Shown: one piece after another, positions 1 through 10,011 of the stretch
How positions within the stretch are numbered: the stretch's first letter is position 1
Layout of the letters: every line of letters starts with the position of its first letter
Source: an uncultured virus (IMG/VR IMGVR_UViG_3300031787_000017)
Lineage: Duplodnaviria > Heunggongvirae > Uroviricota > Caudoviricetes
DNA: 64,000 nt
Reading direction: 5' to 3' (one strand)
Virus record (IMG/VR): IMGVR_UViG_3300031787_000017
Program-made: the position numbers and the translations under genes
Notes under the pieces: generated by a model
Databases searched by the model: none
Seen by the model: only the letters and a program-made list of their open reading frames with translations
What the model was told of the DNA's origin: nothing

Positions 1-500
1 CTTAACGTATAGTTATTAGTTGTTACTGGAGATGTATTAGCATAGTCTTGTTGAGTTATAATTAAAGTTTTTTCTGTATATTCTCCCGTACTAATTACGG
101 TATTTTTTTCTTTTATAAAATACTCTTTTATATTGGATTTTGACCAAGATAAACCGCTTACTGAAGTGTTAGCAGAGTCAGCATAATTATTTGCAGAATA
201 TTTTGAATTAATATATTTGTTTAAAGTTATGTAATTCATTGGCCAGTCAATTAATGGATTAATTATATTATTAACCATCAATATTATCCAATGTCTTTCC
301 GAGGAATTATAAAATTTATCAGCTAAAATTTCTGGAGTTTCTCCTTCGGGAACTATGTAATCATAATACACAACAGAATTTTCTTTGAATCCTTCATTAA
401 ATTTAAACTTAAAAGTTAAATTCGTTATAATATCTAAAGAGGGTTGATCTCTATCAGAAAAATAAACAACTTTAGGAAAGTAATTAAAAAATTTTGCCAT
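1..500 (-). CDS. 53: Baseplate wedge subunit gp53-like (3' end runs off the window)
   Basis: Manual translation from ATG at 500: MAKFFNYFPKVVY...YYDYIVPEGETPEILADKFYNSSERHWIILMVNNIINPLIDWP, typical of T4-like gp53; adjacent to gp48. Confidence 0.85.
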   Translation of the reverse strand, partial: MAKFFNYFPKVVYFSDRDQPSLDIITNLTFKFKFNEGFKENSVVYYDYIVPEGETPEILADKFYNSSERHWIILMVNNIINPLIDWPMNYITLNKYINSKYSANNYADSANTSVSGLSWSKSNIKEYFIKEKNTVISTGEYTEKTLIITQQDYANTSPVTTNNYTL

Positions 501-511
501 TTAATAGCGCC

Positions 512-1801
512 TTATCTTAAATCTTTAGATTCATTATAACGAGTTTCAATAGAACCACTACTGTCAGAAGTAAAGTCTGTTGTAACGACATTATTAAAAT
601 TGTCTTTAGTCAGAATTTCTGTTTCTTGGAAATTCAGTGATAACTTTATGCCTACTGGCATACCAGTTTTTCCTAATGCTGGAGCTCCACCATTTTCAGG
701 AACTTCATACGCAGACCAACCGTTTGGAGCATAATCAGTGTCTATAGACGTTAAAACACAAGTTGAAATTCTAGGTATGTTAGGATTAATTCTACCATTG
801 TAGTAAAATTCAATATCAAACTCTGAAGGAGGCACCATAAAAAAACCTCCTAATGCGCCTATACCTTCTTTGAAAATTTCTGGTGCTTGATGAAATCTTA
901 ATCTGTTTAATATTCTTTGTACTTCAAGAGCTTCTTTAGAACTTCTAGGATATAACATAAAATCAAATCTAAATTCTCTAAAAGAAGGAGAAGTATATAT
1001 CATTTCGAGTTGGGGATTTAGAACTGTACCTGTTCCTGCTGCAAAAATTCCTGCACCAGCATTTCCAAATTTATTTTTTAATACACTATTCAAAATAAAA
1101 GGTGTTAAATTTTTGACAGCATCTTCAATTTTTTTATCAGAATTTTTTATTTGACTGTAACCAGCAGTTGCTGCTGCCAAATACGCTAATGGTGAAGCAC
1201 CAAATTCCATTGTAGAATATTGTTGATTATTTGTAAAATTTAATGTATCGGGCATATAGAAAGCAATACTGTCTGTAGTTCTTTCTATTGTTCTTAATCC
1301 TCTGTCTGATCCTAATAAACTAAAAACTTCTTTAGTTGCGGTAGCTATTCCTTTTCCAACAGAACTTCCTCCTTCAAGAGCATTTTCTAATGGAGCTCGA
1401 AACTGCTCATCCATATTTTCAATTCTGGCAGCTGCCTTTTCAGTAAACAAAGAGGCCTGTTTTTCCATGTAACCACCAATAACTTTTGCAATATCAGATT
1501 TGCCAACATCTTGTGCTATTTCAGTGAATCCTGAAATTGTTTGAGAGATTGGACTTTTAATTCCAGTATTTTGTTGATTTTGTAAAATAGTTGGTAAATC
1601 TCCAGAAAGTTCTTTTTTGAATCTAGTTTTCACCTGTTGATTGATATGAATGACCATATAGTGGCCTTTATCTAGAGATCCTATGTCTATAGGATATCTT
1701 AACACATTAGACATGTACTTTTTATTAGGCAAAAGATCACTAGATTTGAATCCTTTTTGCTTGTCTGATATCTTGATGTCAGTTAAAGTAAAGAACGCCA
1801 T
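512..1801 (-). CDS. 48: Baseplate tail-tube cap gp48-like
   Basis: LRYPID, NPQLEMIYTSPSFREFRFDF, CVLTSIDTDYAPNG, LSLNFQETEILTK motifs; start moved to MAFF (1801) to avoid overlap with gp4. Confidence 0.85.
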   Translation of the reverse strand: MAFFTLTDIKISDKQKGFKSSDLLPNKKYMSNVLRYPIDIGSLDKGHYMVIHINQQVKTRFKKELSGDLPTILQNQQNTGIKSPISQTISGFTEIAQDVGKSDIAKVIGGYMEKQASLFTEKAAARIENMDEQFRAPLENALEGGSSVGKGIATATKEVFSLLGSDRGLRTIERTTDSIAFYMPDTLNFTNNQQYSTMEFGASPLAYLAAATAGYSQIKNSDKKIEDAVKNLTPFILNSVLKNKFGNAGAGIFAAGTGTVLNPQLEMIYTSPSFREFRFDFMLYPRSSKEALEVQRILNRLRFHQAPEIFKEGIGALGGFFMVPPSEFDIEFYYNGRINPNIPRISTCVLTSIDTDYAPNGWSAYEVPENGGAPALGKTGMPVGIKLSLNFQETEILTKDNFNNVVTTDFTSDSSGSIETRYNESKDLR

Positions 1802-1829
1802 ACGATTCCTTTTCGAATATATAATATTT

Positions 1830-2264
1830 ATGCCATATTCAGGAAAGTTTACCCCTAAGAATCCAACAAAGTACAACGGAGATGCGACAAATATAATTTA
1901 TCGTTCTTCGTGGGAACTCTATGTCATGAAATATCTTGATGAAAATCCTATGGTAACATGGTGGGCATCAGAAGAACTTTTCATACCGTATCGAAATCCA
2001 ATCGACAAAAAGATGCATCGTTACTTTCCAGATTTTGTTGTTAAAACGAAGAAAAAAGACGGAACCGTGATGACTTACATACTCGAAGTAAAGCCAGAAT
2101 CTCAAACTAAGTTACCTAAACAAAAAAGAAAAACAAAAAGGTTTTTACAAGAGGCTGCGACATATGCGATCAATCAGGAAAAATGGAAAGCAGCAGACCT
2201 GTTCTGTAAAGAACACGGTTGGAAGTTTCTCATACTCACAGAAAACGATCTGGGTCTAGTATAA
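1830..2264 (+). CDS. 4: Head completion nuclease gp4 (TnsA-like)
   Basis: YSGKFTPKNPTKY..IIYRSSWE..WASEE..HRYFPDF..EVKP..NQEKWKAA..ILTE; start moved to MPYSG. Confidence 0.9.
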   Translation: MPYSGKFTPKNPTKYNGDATNIIYRSSWELYVMKYLDENPMVTWWASEELFIPYRNPIDKKMHRYFPDFVVKTKKKDGTVMTYILEVKPESQTKLPKQKRKTKRFLQEAATYAINQEKWKAADLFCKEHGWKFLILTENDLGLV

Positions 2265-2267
2265 ATA
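2260..2267 (+). promoter_or_regulatory. T4-type late promoter TATAAATA
   Basis: Exact TATAAATA 4 nt upstream of the gp2 ATG. Confidence 0.75.
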
Positions 2268-2271
2268 GTCG

Positions 2272-2862
2272 ATGGCATATTTAATCGACAGAATTCAAGC
2301 ATCACTTCAGAAAGAAGGTTACGCTGCTAGATCAAGAGAATCTAGAGATTGGTTACGCACGAAGGTTGAAAATTTAAAACCAACAAAAGCCAGTCTAATG
2401 AACGATATGGCAAGGTTGCGTGAACGTAGTATTGTTGGTAGAATGTATTTTTTCTTTTACGATCCTAAAACAAAAGAAAAAATGAAATATTATGATAGGT
2501 TTCCTTTAGTTCTACCAATAGAACCTTATACCGATGGTTTTTTAGGACTGAATTTGCATTATATTCATCCTAAGCAAAGAATAATACTAATGGATAAACT
2601 CAGTTCTTATGCCAATAATGACAAATTTGACAAAACCACAAAATTAAAATTAACATATCAAACATTGAAATCTGCATCAAAAATATTTGAAAAAAATGCT
2701 TGTATAAAAAGATATCTGTTTACACAAATACAATCAAGATTTTTAGAAATAAGTGCTGAAGAATGGGATATAGCTGTTTTACTTCCAATGGAAGATTTTA
2801 CATCCAATAAAAAACCCGTTTCTAAATTTCAAGTTTTTCAAGATTCTAAGGATACATTCTAA
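2272..2862 (+). CDS. 2: DNA end protector protein gp2
   Basis: GRMYFFFYDPKTKEKMKYYDRFPLVL..FLGLNLHY..CIKRYL..EWDIAVLLP motifs. Confidence 0.9.
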   Translation: MAYLIDRIQASLQKEGYAARSRESRDWLRTKVENLKPTKASLMNDMARLRERSIVGRMYFFFYDPKTKEKMKYYDRFPLVLPIEPYTDGFLGLNLHYIHPKQRIILMDKLSSYANNDKFDKTTKLKLTYQTLKSASKIFEKNACIKRYLFTQIQSRFLEISAEEWDIAVLLPMEDFTSNKKPVSKFQVFQDSKDTF

Positions 2863-3611
2863 TGTCTTTTACACCAACATTGTTTCTCTCCAACTTACGA
2901 TCAAAAGACGGACCAGCAAGAGCAAATAGATTTAAAGTAATTTTACCAATTCCTCGTTACATAGGTAATTTCGTTAGTACGGGAGTGTTAGAACAATTAT
3001 TAAATTTACCAAATACTCTTGTCACCGACATTACAGATTGGGTAAGTAAAACAACCAGTTATGAAACGACAGGAGAACCATTTAGAAGAACTTCTAATCC
3101 TTCAATTACAAGATATCTCTCTTTACAATGTGACACCGCTGAGCTCCCTGGAAAAACATTACAAACAGCTGACATAAAAATTTATGGCCCTACATTTAAA
3201 ATTCCTTATCAAAAACAATATAATGATATTAGTTTAAGTTTTATTTGTACGAATGATTTTTACGAGAGAAAGTTATTTGATCTTTGGATCGATGCAATCA
3301 TGCCGTCTGATACAAATAACTTAAGATTTCCTAAAGATGAATCGACACGTTACATGACGGATATTCAAATACTTCAGTATGATGAATTCATTAAACAAAT
3401 ATATTCTGTGAAATTAAGAGATGCTTTTCCTATAGGACTTGCCGCACAACCTCTAGCATGGAGTGATGATGGATATCATAGATTAACTGTTCAATTTGCG
3501 TATCAAAAATACGAACCAATTTATGAGGGATATTATGATCTCGGTGAAGCAGCAGCTTCTTATTTTGGAGCAAAGAGTACAAAATTATTTGAGAATTTCT
3601 TTAAATTTTAA
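2862..3611 (+). CDS. Tail tube / baseplate tail-tube initiator (gp54/gp19 family)
   Basis: ARANRFKV, CDTAELPGK, DAFPI, LTVQFAY motifs; position between gp2 and gp26. Confidence 0.75.
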   Translation: MSFTPTLFLSNLRSKDGPARANRFKVILPIPRYIGNFVSTGVLEQLLNLPNTLVTDITDWVSKTTSYETTGEPFRRTSNPSITRYLSLQCDTAELPGKTLQTADIKIYGPTFKIPYQKQYNDISLSFICTNDFYERKLFDLWIDAIMPSDTNNLRFPKDESTRYMTDIQILQYDEFIKQIYSVKLRDAFPIGLAAQPLAWSDDGYHRLTVQFAYQKYEPIYEGYYDLGEAAASYFGAKSTKLFENFFKF

Positions 3612-3622
3612 ATGGAGTTACT

Positions 3623-4351
3623 ATGTTACCTAAAATTGATGTACCTGTATATGAAATAAAATTACCTTCTACTGGTGAATTTATCAAATTTAGACCTTTT
3701 ACGGTCAAAGAAGAAAAATTATTTTTGATGGCGTATGAATCAGATGATGCAAAGTATTCTGTTGATACAATAATACAAGTTTTAAATAATTGTATCATAA
3801 GTGAGATTGATATAAAAGACTTGCCAACTTTTGATATTGAATATTTGTTTTTAAATATCAGAGCTCGTTCAATTGGAGAAATAGTTAAACTAAGATATCG
3901 TTGCAACAATGATGTTGGCACAGAAGAAGATCCTAAAAAATGTAATAGTCCAGTAGAGATAGAATTAAATGTTTTAGAGATCGATCCTATTAAGAGTTTA
4001 AATCACTCAAACAAAATAGAAATTAACGATAAATTGGGTATTTTTATGAAATATCCAAAAATGAATTTAATCAAAGACAATACTGATGTAGAAGATTTTA
4101 ATGTTGTTTTAGATTTAATCATAAATTGCATTGATTACATTTATGACGAAAATAACGTATATTATGCAAAAGATTCTTCTAAAGAAGAACTGACCGAATT
4201 CTTAGATTCTTTACAATCTAAAGATTTGGAAAAAATTAAAGAGTTTTTTGATACTATGCCAAAACTTAAAAAGAAAGTAGATTTTCATTGTAATAAATGT
4301 GGTTATCAAGAAAATATTGAGTTAGAAGGTCTACAAAGTTTTTTCGGTTAA
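3623..4351 (+). CDS. 26: Baseplate hub assembly protein gp26
   Basis: LPKIDVPVYEIKLPSTG..FRPFTVKEEK..FDIEYLFLNIRARSIGE..C-terminal CxxC and LEGLQSFF. Confidence 0.9.
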   Translation: MLPKIDVPVYEIKLPSTGEFIKFRPFTVKEEKLFLMAYESDDAKYSVDTIIQVLNNCIISEIDIKDLPTFDIEYLFLNIRARSIGEIVKLRYRCNNDVGTEEDPKKCNSPVEIELNVLEIDPIKSLNHSNKIEINDKLGIFMKYPKMNLIKDNTDVEDFNVVLDLIINCIDYIYDENNVYYAKDSSKEELTEFLDSLQSKDLEKIKEFFDTMPKLKKKVDFHCNKCGYQENIELEGLQSFFG

Positions 4352-4539
4352 TATTTGGTCATGACAACTTACAGAATCACTATCACACCAACTTTGCACT
4401 AATGCAACACCACAAGTACAGTTTAACAGAGTTGGAAAATATGATTCCTTGGGAAAAAGATATCTATGTGAATATGTTAATGAGATATCTAGAAGAAGAA
4501 GCAGAAAGATTAAAGGCTGCACAAAATCAAAAGAGATAA
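4339..4539 (+). CDS. 51: gp51-like hub assembly catalyst (first ATG 4402; conserved sequence starts upstream; possibly reached by -1 frameshift from gp26)
   Basis: Manual translation FFRLIFGHDNLQNHYHTNFALMQHHKYSLTELENMIPWEKDIYVNMLMRYLEEE; not in the ORF track. Confidence 0.8.
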   Translation, partial: FFRLIFGHDNLQNHYHTNFALMQHHKYSLTELENMIPWEKDIYVNMLMRYLEEEAERLKAAQNQKR

Positions 4540-4542
4540 TAC

Positions 4543-6456
4543 ATGGCAACTAAAAAACCACCACAGACAGGAAGATTAACAGAAATCGTTGCTTCACGCA
4601 GAAGTCAAGGCAGTAGTGTAACTGGTGCTTTAGCTGGAGGTATCAAAGAAAGGCTCAAAGAAAAGTTTGACCCTAGACAGTTAATAAATCAAAAAGGATT
4701 ATTAACAGCATTATTTCCTGGGTTAAAAACTTATCAATCAAAAACTGCTGCGACAGAAATATCTAAATCTTCTATGCAAGCCATGTCTTTTGATGAGATA
4801 AAGCCCATCTTAGAAACTATTTCTTTTAATACAAAAATGACAGTTAAAAACACCATGGTTCTTCCAGCATTACATAGAGATGTAAATGTAATGCGTCAAA
4901 ATATGGTAAAGTTAGTCAAATTAAAAAGTGGTGACGCAAGAACAAAAGCTGATATGTATTTTGTCAAAGCAAAAGATCGTGAGGACAAATACGAAAGAGA
5001 ACTAAAAAAAGAAAGAAATAAACAAAGTAAAATTCAAAAATTAAAAGATGAGGAAAGAAAAAAAGAAGAAGATAATTCTAAAAGCTTTTTTGGAAAAATA
5101 ATTTCTTCTATAGTAAAAGGACTATCTTCGATAGTTAGTGCTTTAGCTAATTTAGGTAAAGCAATATTAGGAGTATTCAAGTTTTTAGGAAATATTGTAG
5201 GTAGTATAATATTGACCATAGTAAAAGCTTTAATGAATAGTTTACTTGGAATAAATTTATCAGATAAAATATCGGATTTATTTAAGAGGCTTGTATCTAA
5301 AAACTGGATAAAATTTCTATTTGGTATTATTAGTAAAGGAATTTTCAGTTTTTTATTTAGTGCAACTGGTCTGAAAACTTTGGCCAGAAATATGGCACTT
5401 TATTTGATTCCAATAATTTTAGGTAGAGAAGCCCTTAAATCTTATATGGAAAGAAAATTGCAAGAGGGAGAAATCACATTAGAAGCGGAAAGAAAAGCTT
5501 TTAGAGATGAAGAAGGTGGTCAACAAATACCAGAATCATCTATTTCAGGCAAAGCACTAGATGAGTATAAAAATTTAGGTTTAGTAGATAAAAACACTAT
5601 AGCTTTAGGTGGAGGTCCAGGTAGAGGATTTAAATTAGATCAAACATATGCAAAAGAATTAGTTCATATGTTAAATAAAGATATTTTGTTTGAGTATCAA
5701 GAGGGAAAAAGACAATCTTATAATTTAAAGGTGCCAGGATTAACAGGAACTCAACTAATGTTTCTGACAGAAAAAGAGGCAACAGAGTGGGGTGATAACA
5801 GAAGAAAATATTTGGCTGTCATAGATAGGCTAATAAAATTCAAAGAAGGAAAAATAGATTTATCGGAAGATAAATTAGGAAATCTATATGACGCTTATGC
5901 ACAAAGTCGAAGTAAATTATTGGATTTAACGGAAAAGTATGTAAAAGAACAATATGAAAGTAGAGAACAAAAACCAGTTCTCAATGCAATACAAGTTGCT
6001 AGAGATCGTAAAAAGGAAGATTTTTTAAATATTATGGGTAGAAATATCATGGAAGATTTTATTGACCCCGTTTTTGAAAGTGTTTTTCCTACAAAGAAAC
6101 CTAAATTCATAGAAGATATTGAACGTGACGCAGGTCAAGTTGTTACTGGATTTAAACAATTAGGAAATTTACCAGAAACCATAAGAAATAATATGTCTAA
6201 AGTTCCTGATCAAATAAAAAGTTTAGTATCAGAGGCCGAAAAAAAATATATAGATCCCCTAATAGATAAAACTTTAGATAACAGAAGAAGTAGTGTTGTT
6301 TTTAAACAACCAATTATTGTCAATCAAGAAAGTGTAGTCAAAAAAAGTAATCCTGTAAATCAATTAGGAAGTCCAGCTTCAGCTTGGAACAATGATTTTA
6401 TAGATAAGTATTTTTCCGATATAATGATGAATCCTACAAAAAATATTGGTTACTAA
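4543..6456 (+). CDS. Tape-measure/baseplate-hub-like virion protein (paralog 1)
   Basis: Follows gp26/gp51; coiled-coil and hydrophobic amphipathic stretch; N-terminal ~150 aa shared with the next gene. Confidence 0.5.
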   Translation: MATKKPPQTGRLTEIVASRRSQGSSVTGALAGGIKERLKEKFDPRQLINQKGLLTALFPGLKTYQSKTAATEISKSSMQAMSFDEIKPILETISFNTKMTVKNTMVLPALHRDVNVMRQNMVKLVKLKSGDARTKADMYFVKAKDREDKYERELKKERNKQSKIQKLKDEERKKEEDNSKSFFGKIISSIVKGLSSIVSALANLGKAILGVFKFLGNIVGSIILTIVKALMNSLLGINLSDKISDLFKRLVSKNWIKFLFGIISKGIFSFLFSATGLKTLARNMALYLIPIILGREALKSYMERKLQEGEITLEAERKAFRDEEGGQQIPESSISGKALDEYKNLGLVDKNTIALGGGPGRGFKLDQTYAKELVHMLNKDILFEYQEGKRQSYNLKVPGLTGTQLMFLTEKEATEWGDNRRKYLAVIDRLIKFKEGKIDLSEDKLGNLYDAYAQSRSKLLDLTEKYVKEQYESREQKPVLNAIQVARDRKKEDFLNIMGRNIMEDFIDPVFESVFPTKKPKFIEDIERDAGQVVTGFKQLGNLPETIRNNMSKVPDQIKSLVSEAEKKYIDPLIDKTLDNRRSSVVFKQPIIVNQESVVKKSNPVNQLGSPASAWNNDFIDKYFSDIMMNPTKNIGY

Positions 6457-6457
6457 A

Positions 6458-8314
6458 ATGTCCAGATTATCAGATATAGTTTCATATCAAAGAAGGCAAG
6501 GCGGAAGTGTCACCGGATCTTTAGCCGGAGGTATTAAAGAAAGACTTAAAGAAAAGTTTGATCCTCGACAATTAATCAATCAAAGAGGATTGATGACTGC
6601 TTTATTTCCTGGATTAAAAAGATATCAAGCAAAAACAGTTTCGACTGCAAGAATATCCGGTAAATCTATAGAAAAATCTTCTACTGATGTCTCACAAATA
6701 AAACCAATTTTTGAAAATATACAGTCTGATACAAGAATTACTGCTAAAAATTTAAGTATTTTGCCGTCGATGCATAGAGACTTCAATGTGATGCGTCAAA
6801 ATATGGTAAAGCTTTTAAAATTAGAAAAAGTTGATGCTGCAACAAAGGCTGATATGTATTTTAAAGCCGCATCAAAACGCGAAGAAATGTACGAATCCCA
6901 ATTATCAAAATTAAAAGCAGACAATTCTCCAGAAAGACAAACGACTAGAGCTTCTACAGGATCTTTGACTATAGGTAATATAATGGGTAATATAATGGAT
7001 GCAGCTTTTTTTGCTGGATTATTAGGAGCAGTTACACTAGCAATTAAAGGTGTATATGATGCTGTAGAAAAAATAAGAAATATAGATTTAAAAGTAGCTG
7101 TTGATGATTTTGTATCTTCTGTAAATAAATCAATCGATGAAATATTTTCTATCAATCTTTTTCCAAGTTCTTCTGATATGGAAAGAGAATTGTCCACATT
7201 AACATTTTCAGATTTGACGGAAGAACAAAAAGAAAACTTTTTAAATGCACAAGCGAAAGCAGAAGGATTTGAAAAGTCTGGAACAAAACCAAATATACTT
7301 AACAATCCAGGAGCAATGCTTTACAAAGAAGGTGATATGTCACTGAAAGGAACAGGTGCTAAACCTTCTGAAAAACAATTCTTAGACATTAATGGAAAAA
7401 AAGTACCTTTTGCACAATTTCCTAATGTAGAAGCAGGAAAAAAAGCACAACGTCAAAAATGGGAATCATCAGCATATAGCAATTTACCACTGAATCAAGC
7501 AATAAGAAAATGGAGTGGAACAACAGATCAAGACACAGAAGCTTCTAGAAATTATATGGAACAATTATATAAATCATTGAATTTGGGTATTATGAAAAAA
7601 CCTTCTGAAAATAGAAGTGTACAAGATGTTACAATTGAAGGTTTCAGTATGAAAAAAGTTACTGGCAACTTCGGAACTTATGGTGAAATGTCTAAAGTGG
7701 AAAATATTGTCTTACATCATACTGGCGATAACAGATTGAGTAGTGCTCTTAACGAATTTGAAAGATTTCAAACGACTAAAGAAGGAAAAAGTAAAGGATA
7801 CAAACACGGATCACAATATATCATAGATCGAGATGGCATGGTTTATAATTTAGCGCCAGACAAATCAATTATGTATCATGCTGGAACTACTTCAGGAATA
7901 ACAAATGCCAACTCAATTGGTATAGAAATTGTCTCTAAAAATAGTGAGTCATTCACTGAAGCACAAACTAAATCAGCAAAAGCTCTCGTAGCGTATTTAA
8001 GAAAAAAACATGGTGATTTAAAAGTATATGGTCACGGTGAAATAGGTGCAGTTTCAGGTAAAATGAAATCTGAAGGTAAAGCATTAGCTGAAGAAATAAG
8101 AAAAAATCCTCCGGTGTTTAGTCCTATATCTATGGGCAATATGGGAGAAATTATCGATTCTTCTTCATTTGATGTGGCTTTCGGATCATTATCTGAAGAA
8201 GTACCTTTAGTTTTTGTTAATAATGTAAATAATCAAGAAAATATAACAATAGTCGGTGATGAAAATAAATCACAAGATTACTTACCAAGTTTATTTCAAA
8301 GTGTTATAGTATAA
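6458..8314 (+). CDS. Tape-measure/hub-like virion protein (paralog 2) with C-terminal N-acetylmuramoyl-L-alanine amidase (Amidase_2)
   Basis: IVLHHTG, YIIDRDG, YHAG, NANSIGIEI, YGHGE amidase motifs; central NNPG lysozyme-like motif; start at MSRL. Confidence 0.7.
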   Translation: MSRLSDIVSYQRRQGGSVTGSLAGGIKERLKEKFDPRQLINQRGLMTALFPGLKRYQAKTVSTARISGKSIEKSSTDVSQIKPIFENIQSDTRITAKNLSILPSMHRDFNVMRQNMVKLLKLEKVDAATKADMYFKAASKREEMYESQLSKLKADNSPERQTTRASTGSLTIGNIMGNIMDAAFFAGLLGAVTLAIKGVYDAVEKIRNIDLKVAVDDFVSSVNKSIDEIFSINLFPSSSDMERELSTLTFSDLTEEQKENFLNAQAKAEGFEKSGTKPNILNNPGAMLYKEGDMSLKGTGAKPSEKQFLDINGKKVPFAQFPNVEAGKKAQRQKWESSAYSNLPLNQAIRKWSGTTDQDTEASRNYMEQLYKSLNLGIMKKPSENRSVQDVTIEGFSMKKVTGNFGTYGEMSKVENIVLHHTGDNRLSSALNEFERFQTTKEGKSKGYKHGSQYIIDRDGMVYNLAPDKSIMYHAGTTSGITNANSIGIEIVSKNSESFTEAQTKSAKALVAYLRKKHGDLKVYGHGEIGAVSGKMKSEGKALAEEIRKNPPVFSPISMGNMGEIIDSSSFDVAFGSLSEEVPLVFVNNVNNQENITIVGDENKSQDYLPSLFQSVIV

Positions 8315-8340
8315 AAAACCCACCTTTCGGTGGGTTTTAT
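8314..8340. terminator. Bidirectional intrinsic terminator
   Basis: AAAAAACCCACC-TTTC-GGTGGGTTTT between convergent genes. Confidence 0.85.
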
Positions 8341-8341
8341 T

Positions 8342-9235
8342 TTAGTCTTGAGCAGCTAGTGATTTAAAGTAATCTAAATCATCGTCATCAATGTTTGTTG
8401 TGCTATCAAAGACGGGACCTTCGAGATCAGGTGAATTTTTCGGTATCACATAATCTTCAGCCTTAGTTCTTGGAGCAACAGCTTCAAAACCTAGAGCTTT
8501 ATCTAAACGTGCTTTCAATTGCTCATATGATTTAAAATGTTTCTTCTCTGTAAATTCCTTGAGAGAATATTCATTCTTCCAGAGCTGTTCAAGTTTATCA
8601 TCATCACCATCAAGTAAAGATGACTTATCAGCAAATTCAGATTTATCATAATTACGATAACCTTCAACATTACGAATCTTTAATTTGAAGTTGGCACCTT
8701 CCCACAAATCAAATGGATTTACAGGAGTTTCATCAGCAAATTCAGGATTCATTGCTTCAGTAATCTTGTCGAAGATTTTTTTACCAAACTTGAACAGTTT
8801 AATCTGACCTTCATTTTCAGGATTACTAGGATCAGATACAACATAAATGTTTGAAATATAAGATAATTTACGTTTTTGTTTACGTGCGATATCTTTATTG
8901 GCTTCAACGCCAGAATTCCATAATGTAGAATTGTGTTCACATACAGGACATTTATCGTTCAATGTAGTGAGACAATTATCAATCAACCATCCACCTGGAC
9001 CTTGAAATCCGTGATGAAAGATTCGAATCCAGGGGAGACCCTCATCACCATCGACAGCTGGTGCTGGAAGAAAACGAATCACTGCCATACCATTACCAGC
9101 TTTATCAACTGATGGTTGCCAGAATCTATTATCTTCTTTTGAATTTGAATCTGAGGATTGGGTTGTTGCTTCAATCGCTTTTGTTAGTTTGTCCAACGAA
9201 CTGCGATTGCGTTTGAGGTTTGCAAAACTAGACAT
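8342..9235 (-). CDS. 32: Single-stranded DNA-binding protein gp32
   Basis: DNRFWQP, GMAVIRFLPA, HGFQGPGGW, NCLTT..CPVCE, FGKKIFDKI, GYRNYDKSEF, acidic tail. Confidence 0.95.
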   Translation of the reverse strand: MSSFANLKRNRSSLDKLTKAIEATTQSSDSNSKEDNRFWQPSVDKAGNGMAVIRFLPAPAVDGDEGLPWIRIFHHGFQGPGGWLIDNCLTTLNDKCPVCEHNSTLWNSGVEANKDIARKQKRKLSYISNIYVVSDPSNPENEGQIKLFKFGKKIFDKITEAMNPEFADETPVNPFDLWEGANFKLKIRNVEGYRNYDKSEFADKSSLLDGDDDKLEQLWKNEYSLKEFTEKKHFKSYEQLKARLDKALGFEAVAPRTKAEDYVIPKNSPDLEGPVFDSTTNIDDDDLDYFKSLAAQD

Positions 9236-9304
9236 AGTACTTCCTTTCGTATAAACGGTGTATTAACGGTGTATAAAACGACTTATCCACATAAACATAG
9301 TATA

Positions 9305-9802
9305 TCACTTATTTAGTGAACTTTCAAGCAATTTTTTTAACTTTTCCTTAGTTTTACCTATATCTTTATGAAGTATGCCGTGACCGCCAGCCTTATTAAA
9401 ACTTTCAATTACGTCTGGAGTATCATCAATCAAAATCGTTTCTGGAGTAGCATAATCTTTCTTATGTTTTCTACCAGGAACGATATTTGCTTTATAGTTA
9501 ATACCATGACTGCGAAGCCACTTTATTTTTTGCACAGTTACTTCACCATGAAATTTCTCTCCACCAGATGAAGAAAGAATTTCAACATCAACCGGATATT
9601 TTTTAATAAAACTCAATAATTCCTTACCACCAGGATACCAATCCAATGTGGCAAAGTTTTCACCCTTAACAAATTGTTTCCAATTAGGATTAAAATTTTT
9701 CTTATCTCTTGTTTCACTCGGTGTTTCATCAAATAAATGAAAATAGCGTTTTTCAAAATCACACAAAACGCCATCCATATCAAGATATATTTTTTTAATC
9801 AT
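9305..9802 (-). CDS. HAD-family 5'(3')-deoxyribonucleotidase
   Basis: IYLDMDGVLCDF and ILIDD motifs. Confidence 0.8.
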   Translation of the reverse strand: MIKKIYLDMDGVLCDFEKRYFHLFDETPSETRDKKNFNPNWKQFVKGENFATLDWYPGGKELLSFIKKYPVDVEILSSSGGEKFHGEVTVQKIKWLRSHGINYKANIVPGRKHKKDYATPETILIDDTPDVIESFNKAGGHGILHKDIGKTKEKLKKLLESSLNK

Positions 9803-9804
9803 AG

Positions 9805-10011
9805 TTATTTTAGTAAATAGTTTGCTAACCTAAAAACTTCTGTTTCTTCTAAAAAGAAATCATAAGAGGAAGTATTTGTCATCTCACCTTCTTTATTATA
9901 CTGTTCACCAGTAAAACGTAAATGCCTCATACCTCTAGGCGATAAGCAATCTTCCATTTGAAATTTTAATTTCCAGTCATCTCTATTTGTTAGAATTTCT
10001 TTAACACTCAT
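9805..10011 (-). CDS. Hypothetical protein
   Basis: Tightly packed ORF in operon. Confidence 0.6.
   Translation of the reverse strand: MSVKEILTNRDDWKLKFQMEDCLSPRGMRHLRFTGEQYNKEGEMTNTSSYDFFLEETEVFRLANYLLK

Noticed and set aside
9283..9291. Perfect DnaA box TTATCCACA
   Set aside because: Single copy with no cluster; compatible with chance in 64 kb of AT-rich DNA.
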